The position numbers were made by a program, and so were the translations under genes. Shown piece after piece: positions 8,839 through 17,262 of a stretch of DNA of 33,806 bases (positions within the stretch are counted from its first letter, which is position 1; each line of letters begins with the position of its first letter). The DNA is from a virus (Duplodnaviria > Caudoviricetes): positions 1-33,806 of IMG/VR virus record IMGVR_UViG_3300025653_000130; one strand, 5' to 3'. The notes below the pieces were generated by a model. The model was not told the DNA's origin, searched no databases, and saw only the letters and a program-made list of their open reading frames with translations.

Positions 8839-9732
8839 TTAGTTGTTAGGATCGATCCGTCCCTCTTGACGCGCAGAGTCGAGTTCTTCTTCGAGTTTCT
8901 CGAACTCCCACGGCTTGAGACTACGGATTTCGGAAGCTTTCCACACCTTGCCGTCTACTTTTGCAGTCGCTACTTCTCTCGCGGAGGTCTTAGTAACTGC
9001 ATCTGCTGCAGAAGGTTTTGTGGTCTTCTTCCTTTTTGCCGGTACACCAGTATCGGCCTTGTAGAGGTCTATGACCCGTGCCGCCCATTTAGCATCCGTA
9101 TTGTTTTTGTAGATGCCATCTGAGATTGACTCAGGCTGTTCTTCGAGCCACGAAAGAAACTTTTCATCTGACTTGATCTCGTCGAAGTCGGAATGATGAT
9201 TGAGCAGTTGCTGGTAAGCCTTCTGCTTTTCGAGTTCCTTTTCACGCTCTTTGATCGTACCTAGTTCCTCGCGGAGTTCGGCAACTTGTGATTCAGCCTG
9301 ATAGGATGAAACGGTCTGTACGACTTCGAACACTTCTGGATACTGGTCTTTGAATGCTTGCAGTTCTTCTGGAGTCTTTGGCATTGCTACCCCCTTCGGC
9401 ATCTGTGCTTGAGGAGATTGCATAACCGTTTTTAATTCCGCGATTTCCTGTTTGAATTCATTTACCTTTGTATCGTAGTGACGTTTGAGGTCGTCGTATC
9501 GTTTCTTGTAGTCGTGTTCAGCTTCTTGCTTTTGTTCTACGAAACTGCTTGCTTGTTGCGGAGTAGCCTCTTCGGGGTCCGCGTCTTGTGCTTCTACAGT
9601 CTCTTCCGCTTCGTTGTCTTCGTCGTCTTTGTAGACATCTTCGCGGTGCTTCCCACGATATAACGAATCATTGTTGATTGTTCCGAATGAGTCGTTAGGC
9701 TTGTTGGCACGGTGGCCTCTTGCTTTTGCCAT
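8839..9732 (-). CDS. Capsid scaffolding protein
   Basis: 297 aa acidic coiled coil (DYKKRYDDLKRHYD) with a C-terminal ARQEGRI, directly upstream of the MCP. Confidence 0.82.
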   Translation of the reverse strand: MAKARGHRANKPNDSFGTINNDSLYRGKHREDVYKDDEDNEAEETVEAQDADPEEATPQQASSFVEQKQEAEHDYKKRYDDLKRHYDTKVNEFKQEIAELKTVMQSPQAQMPKGVAMPKTPEELQAFKDQYPEVFEVVQTVSSYQAESQVAELREELGTIKEREKELEKQKAYQQLLNHHSDFDEIKSDEKFLSWLEEQPESISDGIYKNNTDAKWAARVIDLYKADTGVPAKRKKTTKPSAADAVTKTSAREVATAKVDGKVWKASEIRSLKPWEFEKLEEELDSARQEGRIDPNN

Positions 9733-9748
9733 TTTATTACCTCTTGAT

Positions 9749-9817
9749 AGCGGGGCTACTTTGGCGTGTAGGTAGCCGCTCCGGTTGTGCTGGGGCCGTT
9801 GTTAGCGGGTAGCCAGC
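9749..9817 (-). promoter_or_regulatory. Twin stem-loops in the scaffold gene leader (putative cis-regulatory RNA)
   Basis: GCTGG-CTAC-CCG-loop-CGG-CC-CCAGC and AGCGG-CTAC-CTAC-loop-GTAG-CC-CCGCT, ending a few nt before the AGAGGT RBS. Confidence 0.6.
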
Positions 9818-9822
9818 GAATC

Positions 9823-12800
9823 TTAAAACTGTGGAGATTGCAGAGCCTCAGACTCGTAGTCTACGGGCTTTTCATCTCTCTTTTTTGTATTGGACTTACC
9901 GAATAAGCCGTCAATATATCTGGAAATAAATCCTTTTTCTTCAGGCTTGGCTACAGGAGGAACACCTCTCTCTTTAAGCACCTCTGCAGCTAAATTATTG
10001 TAAAGTTCAACCTGTTTTTTAGGAATGCTCATATACTTAGCTACATCCCCCCTCTGCGCCACCTCTATGTAGGGAGACTCCGCAAGCACGAGCGAATTTT
10101 TCTTAGAAACTTCACGACGAGTTTTTTCGTCCATGACATCCATCATACGCTCTTCTTGTCCCCTTGTTAGTCGGGGTGCGCCAAGATCGTAGTGCATGTA
10201 GTTCATCGCAGCGTGTCGTAGTTCGTGCGCCAGCGTAATCATAACTGTCGCCCTATCTCCCATGTCTACTCCCTCATAAGTTTGGGCGTGTGTTGGAATG
10301 TACATAGGTTCTGAGAAGTATGACGCCGTAGGAGTTTCGCTAGGAGTGATGCCCACCTTCGAGAGAAGAGGTGAAATCATTCTGTTGGGAGTAGTGGATG
10401 GATTTAATGTTTCCGTCTTTGCCTCTTGTTCTTTAGAGAACCCTTGTCCCTGTGGAAAAACTGGTCTTTTGTTTTTGCCGGGGGCGGGATTGTATACGCC
10501 CGCAAATCCGTAACCAACTTGATCCCTTACCGTCTGCGTCCCATCATCTTGGCTAACCCTGCTGTAGTCAAACGGAGTGGGCAATCCTGCCACTCGCAAC
10601 TCTCCCGATGTATACAAGTCCCAGCCAAGTCGAGCTAGCTGATCGTCGCGTATAAATTCTTCTAAATCGGCACGGAGTTCGACATCTGCTATAGCTTCGT
10701 CTTGACGACGCTCAACAAGGTCGGGCTTCGGCGTCGGACGAACCTTATCTCCCTCTGCGTACTTTCCCACAGTGAGGAATCCACCCCCTGCAGCACCCGC
10801 TGGGCGTTGGCCGTTCTCTTCGATGCGCTTCGACGTTTCCTTCTTGCCGCGATTGTTGATTTTTTCGAGGCGATCATAACCAATGATCTTGGCAATCGCT
10901 GGGGGCACAAGAACCTCGCCACGAGACACGGCTACGTCAACCTGATCCTTAGATGGTGCTGCTGCTCCCTTCTTGCCTGCTTTTTTGTAGGCATCGTTTA
11001 ACATCTTGGCAATGTCACCCTCACCAGCAAACTCGACGGCTGCAGCGTTGATGACAAACGTGCCCTCTGGGACGCTCATAGGCTTGTCGTCAGCCACAGT
11101 GGCCGCTTCGGATACCTGTGATGGCGGACGCTCTACGAAGCCCGCTGGTGCAGCCTGTGGAGCGGTTCCGCCCATCTGCATACCGACACGGCCACCCTGT
11201 CTATAATTAAACTCATCTGCGTACGGTGCTTCTGCAGCAGCCTGTGCAGAGAAGTCTTGACTAGAACTTCCCGCACTGCCGCCACCGGGGTCGGTTTGGT
11301 ATCCTTCGTCTGAATCGTCATAGTATACAGGTCGTCCCCCCGGTGTGGTTTGCACCGTAGTCGCCCCACTATCGTCATCAGCCGGGGTAAAGCCGGGAGG
11401 AGGTTCACTACCCCCGGTTGGCGTTACTGTTTGGGTTGGGGTAGTCGTACTCGTGGTCGTTGTCACTGGCGTCGTAGGCGTAGAAAGACCGTACTGAGGT
11501 ATGATTGAATCAATAATGAACTGTGCGCTTGTCTTTCCACGCAAAGCAAGGGCAGAATTGTAGCTGTCACGCGACATGCTACGTGTTTTATGAAAAAACC
11601 CGCCGTAATATATACTGCCCTTCATAACACCATCGACATGTTGCTTGTGAGCGAGTGCGGCATCTCGAAACTCCTGCTTGGTCATGCCGCTTATGTCAAT
11701 ACCCAACTCTTCAGCCTTGTTACGAAACTCTACTTCGCGGAGTCTACCCCCGCCCTGCATCATGTGTCCATCCTCCCGCCTCTGTGCGGAATGATACGTT
11801 CCGAATGGGTCAAGCGCGTAACCGGCTTGGGTGGCAACAGCAGTAAAACCCTCACCATCCGTACCATTGTCGCTATTAAATGTCATGGTGCCGGGTATAA
11901 ATCTTTTATTTATCTCATCATTACGAAGGGCTGTAGCCTGATCCATGCCGCCCAGTTGGCCATTAGTAATTTTGCTGCCCGGTGCGCGACTGAGGACTCT
12001 GCCCTTAAATTTGTACATTGACCCGCTGGTGCCACCAGTCGCTGCGATCTTTGCAGCGTTGTCGCGATTTATCTTTGCTGTTATGGTACTGGCCATAGTA
12101 CCCAATGCTCCGCCAAAAAATTGGGAGATAAGGTCCGGCTTTGCTGGTTGATCTGGATTAAGGCCACCTCCAGCAGGCAGCATATCGCCTATAAAGTTCG
12201 AAAACTCATCGTTACCGCTTTTATCTCTTGGCTGCGTAAGGTCGTAGTCTACGATATAATCGTCGTAATTTTGTGTAGAGAAATACCTGTTGCTGTCTGG
12301 CCTAGAGTTGCCACCGAATACAGGATCGTACGCTGTAAAAATTGCGTTTTCCTCTTGGTGATCTTGATAATCTACGGGTATTATGCGCGGGCCGGGATCA
12401 GGATCAGGGTCCGGATCAGCAGGGTCCGCTGCCGGTGCGGCTTTCACTTCGATGCCGCCAAAATTATAAAAATCAACTAGATTTTCTTGGTACTCATCAG
12501 GAGTTAGAGTGGAACCAGCCTGTGCAACACGCCCGCCCACGTTCATCTGAACTTGTGGTCCTTGATCTGCAAAGACATTTTCATACTCTGGTCTTCCTGC
12601 CATTTTATTATCTACTGTATCCGGGACACGATAATTAGTAATGCCTCGTTTACGTAATTCTAGGGCTGTCTGCGGATCGGTTGAAGGCACAACAGGCTTA
12701 GCAAAATTTTGGTACGGATCAGCCCGTTTAATTTTGTCCGCGTCAGTAATGTCTTCCGTTTTTATTGCAGGGTCTTTTAAAAACTCCGCTTCGTAGCCCG

Positions 12801-12906
12801 GAGTGAGCATTCCTTCGTACAGAAAATCACCTAAAGGTTTAGGAGAATCCCCTGAGTATTCTGCCATCTCGTGCATCTGCTTTAGAAGTTGTGTGATCTT
12901 ATCCAT
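9823..12906 (-). CDS. Large putative internal virion / ejection protein with a C-terminal HExxH motif
   Basis: 1027 aa between portal and scaffold. Has Pro/Thr linkers, an ADDKPMSVPEGTFVINAAAV motif and LAHELRH at 10213-10227. Confidence 0.6.
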   Translation of the reverse strand: MDKITQLLKQMHEMAEYSGDSPKPLGDFLYEGMLTPGYEAEFLKDPAIKTEDITDADKIKRADPYQNFAKPVVPSTDPQTALELRKRGITNYRVPDTVDNKMAGRPEYENVFADQGPQVQMNVGGRVAQAGSTLTPDEYQENLVDFYNFGGIEVKAAPAADPADPDPDPDPGPRIIPVDYQDHQEENAIFTAYDPVFGGNSRPDSNRYFSTQNYDDYIVDYDLTQPRDKSGNDEFSNFIGDMLPAGGGLNPDQPAKPDLISQFFGGALGTMASTITAKINRDNAAKIAATGGTSGSMYKFKGRVLSRAPGSKITNGQLGGMDQATALRNDEINKRFIPGTMTFNSDNGTDGEGFTAVATQAGYALDPFGTYHSAQRREDGHMMQGGGRLREVEFRNKAEELGIDISGMTKQEFRDAALAHKQHVDGVMKGSIYYGGFFHKTRSMSRDSYNSALALRGKTSAQFIIDSIIPQYGLSTPTTPVTTTTSTTTPTQTVTPTGGSEPPPGFTPADDDSGATTVQTTPGGRPVYYDDSDEGYQTDPGGGSAGSSSQDFSAQAAAEAPYADEFNYRQGGRVGMQMGGTAPQAAPAGFVERPPSQVSEAATVADDKPMSVPEGTFVINAAAVEFAGEGDIAKMLNDAYKKAGKKGAAAPSKDQVDVAVSRGEVLVPPAIAKIIGYDRLEKINNRGKKETSKRIEENGQRPAGAAGGGFLTVGKYAEGDKVRPTPKPDLVERRQDEAIADVELRADLEEFIRDDQLARLGWDLYTSGELRVAGLPTPFDYSRVSQDDGTQTVRDQVGYGFAGVYNPAPGKNKRPVFPQGQGFSKEQEAKTETLNPSTTPNRMISPLLSKVGITPSETPTASYFSEPMYIPTHAQTYEGVDMGDRATVMITLAHELRHAAMNYMHYDLGAPRLTRGQEERMMDVMDEKTRREVSKKNSLVLAESPYIEVAQRGDVAKYMSIPKKQVELYNNLAAEVLKERGVPPVAKPEEKGFISRYIDGLFGKSNTKKRDEKPVDYESEALQSPQF

Positions 12907-13123
12907 CGTTTTTCACTACCGCCTCGTGACTATCCTTCAACTTGAGGAGCATTTCCAGTAAACCCAGCTTCCCCTGCACTTGGCGAAGCTCCGACTCCGA
13001 TTGTGCCGTTACCACGGCCCGAATCATCGACTCCCGGAGGTCCGCTAGGTACTCCTCCATCTGGGGCCATTCCTTGCTGTAGAGGAGCGGGGCTAGCTTC
13101 TGGGCCTGCTGCTTGTTGAGCAT
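12899..13123 (-). CDS. Small conserved portal-adjacent protein
   Basis: 74 aa helical protein (ELRQVQGKLGLLEMLLKLK) with an AAGGA RBS. Overlaps the portal 3' end in another frame. Confidence 0.7.
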   Translation of the reverse strand: MLNKQQAQKLAPLLYSKEWPQMEEYLADLRESMIRAVVTAQSESELRQVQGKLGLLEMLLKLKDSHEAVVKNDG

Positions 13124-15050
13124 TTTGCATCATTCCTTGTAACATCTGCGCGTATACTTGCGCCTCATTCTGATCGTTGACCAAGCTGTCAGGGTCTATA
13201 TCCTGTGCGATAGCCAGTTCACGCATCAGGTTTGGCAACTTTACAAACGGAGCCAGCATAGGGTTGGCTACAGTTTGCAGCAGTGAGGTAAGTCGCTGTG
13301 TACGTACTTCTTTCTGCATCACGGCGGCTACACCACGAGGCTTGATCTCTAAGTCACCTGTGATATCTTCGACATTCTCTCCGAACTGCATGTTCCATTG
13401 AAAGAATGCCTCACCAATCGGCTTGAGCAGATGATCGTCGATGTTCTTGATAACCGTCTTCATCGACAAGCCTGCACTGCCCATCAGCATCGACAAACCT
13501 GCTGCCGTGCGTCCTGTGCCCGTCACGCCAGTTTGACCATGTATGATTGATGGGATGCCCGTCTCTTCATCAGCAAGCTGCCGTGAGATTTGATACATCT
13601 GTATGTTTTCGGGTGCGGTGTTCGGAAACTTGAGGCCGTTGATTGCCGTGCCGGTAACGCCTGACTGTCTGCGGAATATCTTGCCGGGGAAGATGTCCAT
13701 ATTTTGTCCGGGAACCAACGACGCCTCATCGACATCGAAGACTAGGTTGCCAGCGAGGGCGAGGTTGTCGATTGCCATACGAACGTGGCCGTTCATCAGC
13801 ATCTGTGCGTCTTCCATGTTCTCCGCAACACCAACGCCCCAGATTTGATAGGGATTGATCTCGAACGGAAAGGCTTGATACGGAATACGTGCAGGTGTGA
13901 ATGGGTTTAATACGCAACGTAAAACCATCGTGCCACACACCCAGATGTTGACCTGCATCTGGTCGAACTCAGACATAAGTTCTGCGTTTTCTAGGCCGAC
14001 TTCTTTCGCGAACTTGGAGTCGAGGACGCCCCAATATTCGAGGACTTCATAGCGGTTCTCAGAGATGTGAGGTTCGGTCTCGTCCTCACGAATTGTATCC
14101 TCGTAGTATTTGTCCTCGTAGTTCGGCCCCTTTGCAAGGCATTCCTCAATTGCTTGAGCGTCGAAGTGTGGGCGCATAATAAGACTACGAAGCTGCTGAC
14201 GATTCATGCGGTGACGTTCGATGACGTACTCGCAGTCCTCTACAGATGTAGCGGATGGATCAGGATGAAAGTCCCATACTGATACATGCTCAATGCGCGG
14301 CACCATTCGTTCGTACGGATCGTAGGAACGCTCACCGTTATCGTCCGTACTCCAGTTGTGAACGCGCTTATGGAAGTTGAATGGCCCCTTAACAATGCCC
14401 GTGCCGAACAGGGACGACTCAAAGATAGCCTTGCGAAACTCGCTTACGGCGTTTGTGTCGAGCAACTGGTCGTGGATGCACTTTTCCATCTTTCGTGCCT
14501 GCTCTTTTGCAGGTTCGAACTGTGGCTCACCTACGCGAGACTTGCCCGCAAGGATCGTGTCACCAAAGTCTTTACCGTAGGAGCCTAGACGATGCGGTTC
14601 GTTGGCTTGCATCGCTCCCGGAGCTAACTCGCGACCATCTCCCGGAAAACCGTAGGGGTCACTTCCCAACTGTGAAAGTTCGTCAGCAGGCGTACGCATA
14701 TGAGCAAACTCTTCGATACCTTCCGGCATAGGAGTTGACTCGACAACAAGTGGAAACTTCTTATTGGCAAACAGAATGTCGATAATTTGCCCGTACGCAG
14801 CAAGGACCTTCGTCTTGGTGATCTTGATGAACACCTTAGACTTCTCGCTGTCGCGGTACTGCGTCGTACTATCGTAGATTCCACGAAAGTTTTTATACGC
14901 CTGCAGCCACCGCTGTTCGTACGAAAACCGTCCGTTCTCTGCGTCATCAAACCTCGCCTTGATGTGACCCGCAAGTCCGGGCATCTGCTCATCAGGGCTA
15001 GCAATCGGAATCGCTCGTTCGTCGTCCGGTTCTAGGAAATTATCAGCCAT
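12930..15050 (-). CDS. Portal protein
   Basis: 706 aa. EQRWLQAYKNFRGIY, FEINPYQIWGVGVAE and ADEETGIP motifs, located downstream of TerL. Confidence 0.9.
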   Translation of the reverse strand: MADNFLEPDDERAIPIASPDEQMPGLAGHIKARFDDAENGRFSYEQRWLQAYKNFRGIYDSTTQYRDSEKSKVFIKITKTKVLAAYGQIIDILFANKKFPLVVESTPMPEGIEEFAHMRTPADELSQLGSDPYGFPGDGRELAPGAMQANEPHRLGSYGKDFGDTILAGKSRVGEPQFEPAKEQARKMEKCIHDQLLDTNAVSEFRKAIFESSLFGTGIVKGPFNFHKRVHNWSTDDNGERSYDPYERMVPRIEHVSVWDFHPDPSATSVEDCEYVIERHRMNRQQLRSLIMRPHFDAQAIEECLAKGPNYEDKYYEDTIREDETEPHISENRYEVLEYWGVLDSKFAKEVGLENAELMSEFDQMQVNIWVCGTMVLRCVLNPFTPARIPYQAFPFEINPYQIWGVGVAENMEDAQMLMNGHVRMAIDNLALAGNLVFDVDEASLVPGQNMDIFPGKIFRRQSGVTGTAINGLKFPNTAPENIQMYQISRQLADEETGIPSIIHGQTGVTGTGRTAAGLSMLMGSAGLSMKTVIKNIDDHLLKPIGEAFFQWNMQFGENVEDITGDLEIKPRGVAAVMQKEVRTQRLTSLLQTVANPMLAPFVKLPNLMRELAIAQDIDPDSLVNDQNEAQVYAQMLQGMMQNAQQAAGPEASPAPLQQGMAPDGGVPSGPPGVDDSGRGNGTIGVGASPSAGEAGFTGNAPQVEG

Positions 15051-15059
15051 GTCGCTTCC

Positions 15060-15278
15060 TTAGTAGTCGCGTTCGTCTGCCATCTTAAACAGTGAAGCTT
15101 CCACAGTTGGCTTGGTTTGCTTCTTAGGCATAGCTTCGATCATCGGTCCAGTTACGACACGACCATCAAACTCCAAGCCCTCACGGTAGAGTTGTGTTGC
15201 GCCCTCGTCTTTATCGACGCTGGTCTTGTCGGCACTCATAATGTACGATGCGCCATAGTTGTAGTTATTACCGGGCAT
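15060..15278 (-). CDS. Hypothetical protein
   Basis: 72 aa with a GGGGAGAG RBS; fills the gap exactly. Confidence 0.75.
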   Translation of the reverse strand: MPGNNYNYGASYIMSADKTSVDKDEGATQLYREGLEFDGRVVTGPMIEAMPKKQTKPTVEASLFKMADERDY

Positions 15279-15291
15279 AGGTTTCTCTCCC

Positions 15292-17259
15292 CTATGGTTG
15301 TTGTTGATTTTCTAGGAAGCCCGAACCGACTCTGGCGCGGTTTCTCCCTCTTCTTCGGGCAACTGCTTCTTGCTCTTGTTGTGCAATTGCATCATCCAAA
15401 GCCTGTTGATACGGAGCCATTTGCTCCGGAGTCATGTCGTAAAAATCTTGTGCGGGTCTGTTGTAGGCTTTTGCCAAGTTCTCTTGTGGATCAACCGAAG
15501 TATCGCCCGGAATAATTGCTTCTGCAAAAGGTATACGACGAGCTATCGTTTTTCCTACAATTGCACGTGTGGCTGCTTCACCCGTTTGTTGAATTGCTTC
15601 ATCAGCAAGAGCCTGTGCAGGGTCTAGGAGTGCCATTCCAACTCCTGCTGCTGCCATTCCTACGCCAAGTTTTTGTCCAGTTGTTGACCCTTTTGTTTCA
15701 GGAGCCTCGTAGTCAGGGTTGGTTAGCCTGTCAAGATCATCATTCCACAGCCCGTTGGCCTTCATGGTTTCAATCTGTTCAGGGGTAAATTTCACAAGTC
15801 CCTGCGGACCCTTTCCCGCCAGTTCTGCCTCAACCTCTACTTGTGCCCTGCCCTCTAAGCGCCCCTGCTCAAATAGGGCCTCTGCTTGTCCCTTCGCTTT
15901 ACCCGCTTCCCTCACTTTTACAGGATCGTAGGCAGGTTGCTCTTCTAGGAGCGTTAAGAATCTATTTAGGGATGCCTGCTGATCTTCTAGATTAGTGGAC
16001 TGAAGTAACTCAAATCTTGCCGTGCGTAACTTTTCAATCTGCTCATCAGTTAGTCGAACCACGTTGCCTGTGTTTTCCATCAAGCCGCCCCGAAAATTTT
16101 CAGAGCCGTAGTCCGTAGGATTTTCTAAAAGAAATGGAATATCTCGTGTGGGGATGAGACCAGTGCCTGTGTAGTTTTTAGACAGGGTAGCAGTGTTTTC
16201 GTGCCCCATAGCTCCCTTAACTAGGTCCTCGCGAACATTGAACTGTTCGATAAGGTAGTTGGGTACGATAGAACGCATGACACCTATGGTCTTAAACGGA
16301 ACCTTTGTGCGTACTCGTTCCCCCGTGTTGCTTCCCTCTACCTTTTTTGCCACATCCATAGTGGGTAGCAAGTCTTCAAACGGCTCTAGCAGGGGTGTAA
16401 TATACGTTTTAAATGCGTTTTCTACTTGAGTTTTCTTCACGTCGAACAGAAGATCGGATTCAGATTCTTCTAGGGCTTTTAAAATAATCTGACCACCACG
16501 AGACTGGGCTGACCACTCAAGTTCTGGACGGCCCTTCTTGTCGGTAGTCCTAACCTTTTTACCTTTGACTTTTACACCAAGTATATTTCCATCAGAATCC
16601 CTCTGGATTACAACGTCACTTTTTTTCAGTCCCAACAACTGTGCGGGACGATTTACTGTCATACGATGATATTCTAGAAAGCGAGATACTTTCGCGCCGT
16701 ACTTGGAGTCGTTTTCCACTTGCGGGAGTGCCTCATCGTACATCGCATCGATTTTTTCTTTTTCGATGGTTCCTCGCATGGGGCGAGTTCCCTCGCTGTC
16801 TTCCGCACTACTCTTTCCACCTCGCTGGGTTCTTCCCGTAGATTCTCCTGTTAGGGGTGGATACATTGGACCCCTACTTACGACCTCCCCAGATGGTCCC
16901 ATCATGTCGGTTAGCTGGGATGTGATTCCCATCTCATCAAAAACAGGGCGCAGTGCATTTTCAAGAGCCTGCAAGTTGCCCCATTTGTTTGACCTGTATG
17001 GCGTATCTGACGGACCCAAGAGGTCAACTATCTTCATGCCCTCAACCCGGTCAAACTTATTGAGGTCTTTATAGGGCATGTCTATGTTGATGCCCAACTC
17101 TTTAAAGCCAGAAACCAAGCGGCCCATACGATCTTGAGAGGATTCAGTAACTTTCAAAGCTTTATTCAAAGGAAGGGATTGACCAAATTCAATAGCTTCA
17201 CGAACGGTAAGCGTGCCGTTCATAGCCTTTGCCGTCATCTCTTCTCTTGTGAGTGCCAT
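15292..17259 (-). CDS. Tyrosine-recombinase-fold protein with long N- and C-terminal extensions, in the late operon
   Basis: TVNR204PAQLLGLKKSDV, KGKK, GVMR329S and MGH353ENTATLSKNY363 match the R...K...(H)xxR...H...Y order and spacing. Confidence 0.65.
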   Translation of the reverse strand: MALTREEMTAKAMNGTLTVREAIEFGQSLPLNKALKVTESSQDRMGRLVSGFKELGINIDMPYKDLNKFDRVEGMKIVDLLGPSDTPYRSNKWGNLQALENALRPVFDEMGITSQLTDMMGPSGEVVSRGPMYPPLTGESTGRTQRGGKSSAEDSEGTRPMRGTIEKEKIDAMYDEALPQVENDSKYGAKVSRFLEYHRMTVNRPAQLLGLKKSDVVIQRDSDGNILGVKVKGKKVRTTDKKGRPELEWSAQSRGGQIILKALEESESDLLFDVKKTQVENAFKTYITPLLEPFEDLLPTMDVAKKVEGSNTGERVRTKVPFKTIGVMRSIVPNYLIEQFNVREDLVKGAMGHENTATLSKNYTGTGLIPTRDIPFLLENPTDYGSENFRGGLMENTGNVVRLTDEQIEKLRTARFELLQSTNLEDQQASLNRFLTLLEEQPAYDPVKVREAGKAKGQAEALFEQGRLEGRAQVEVEAELAGKGPQGLVKFTPEQIETMKANGLWNDDLDRLTNPDYEAPETKGSTTGQKLGVGMAAAGVGMALLDPAQALADEAIQQTGEAATRAIVGKTIARRIPFAEAIIPGDTSVDPQENLAKAYNRPAQDFYDMTPEQMAPYQQALDDAIAQQEQEAVARRRGRNRARVGSGFLENQQQP

Positions 17260-17262
17260 AAA

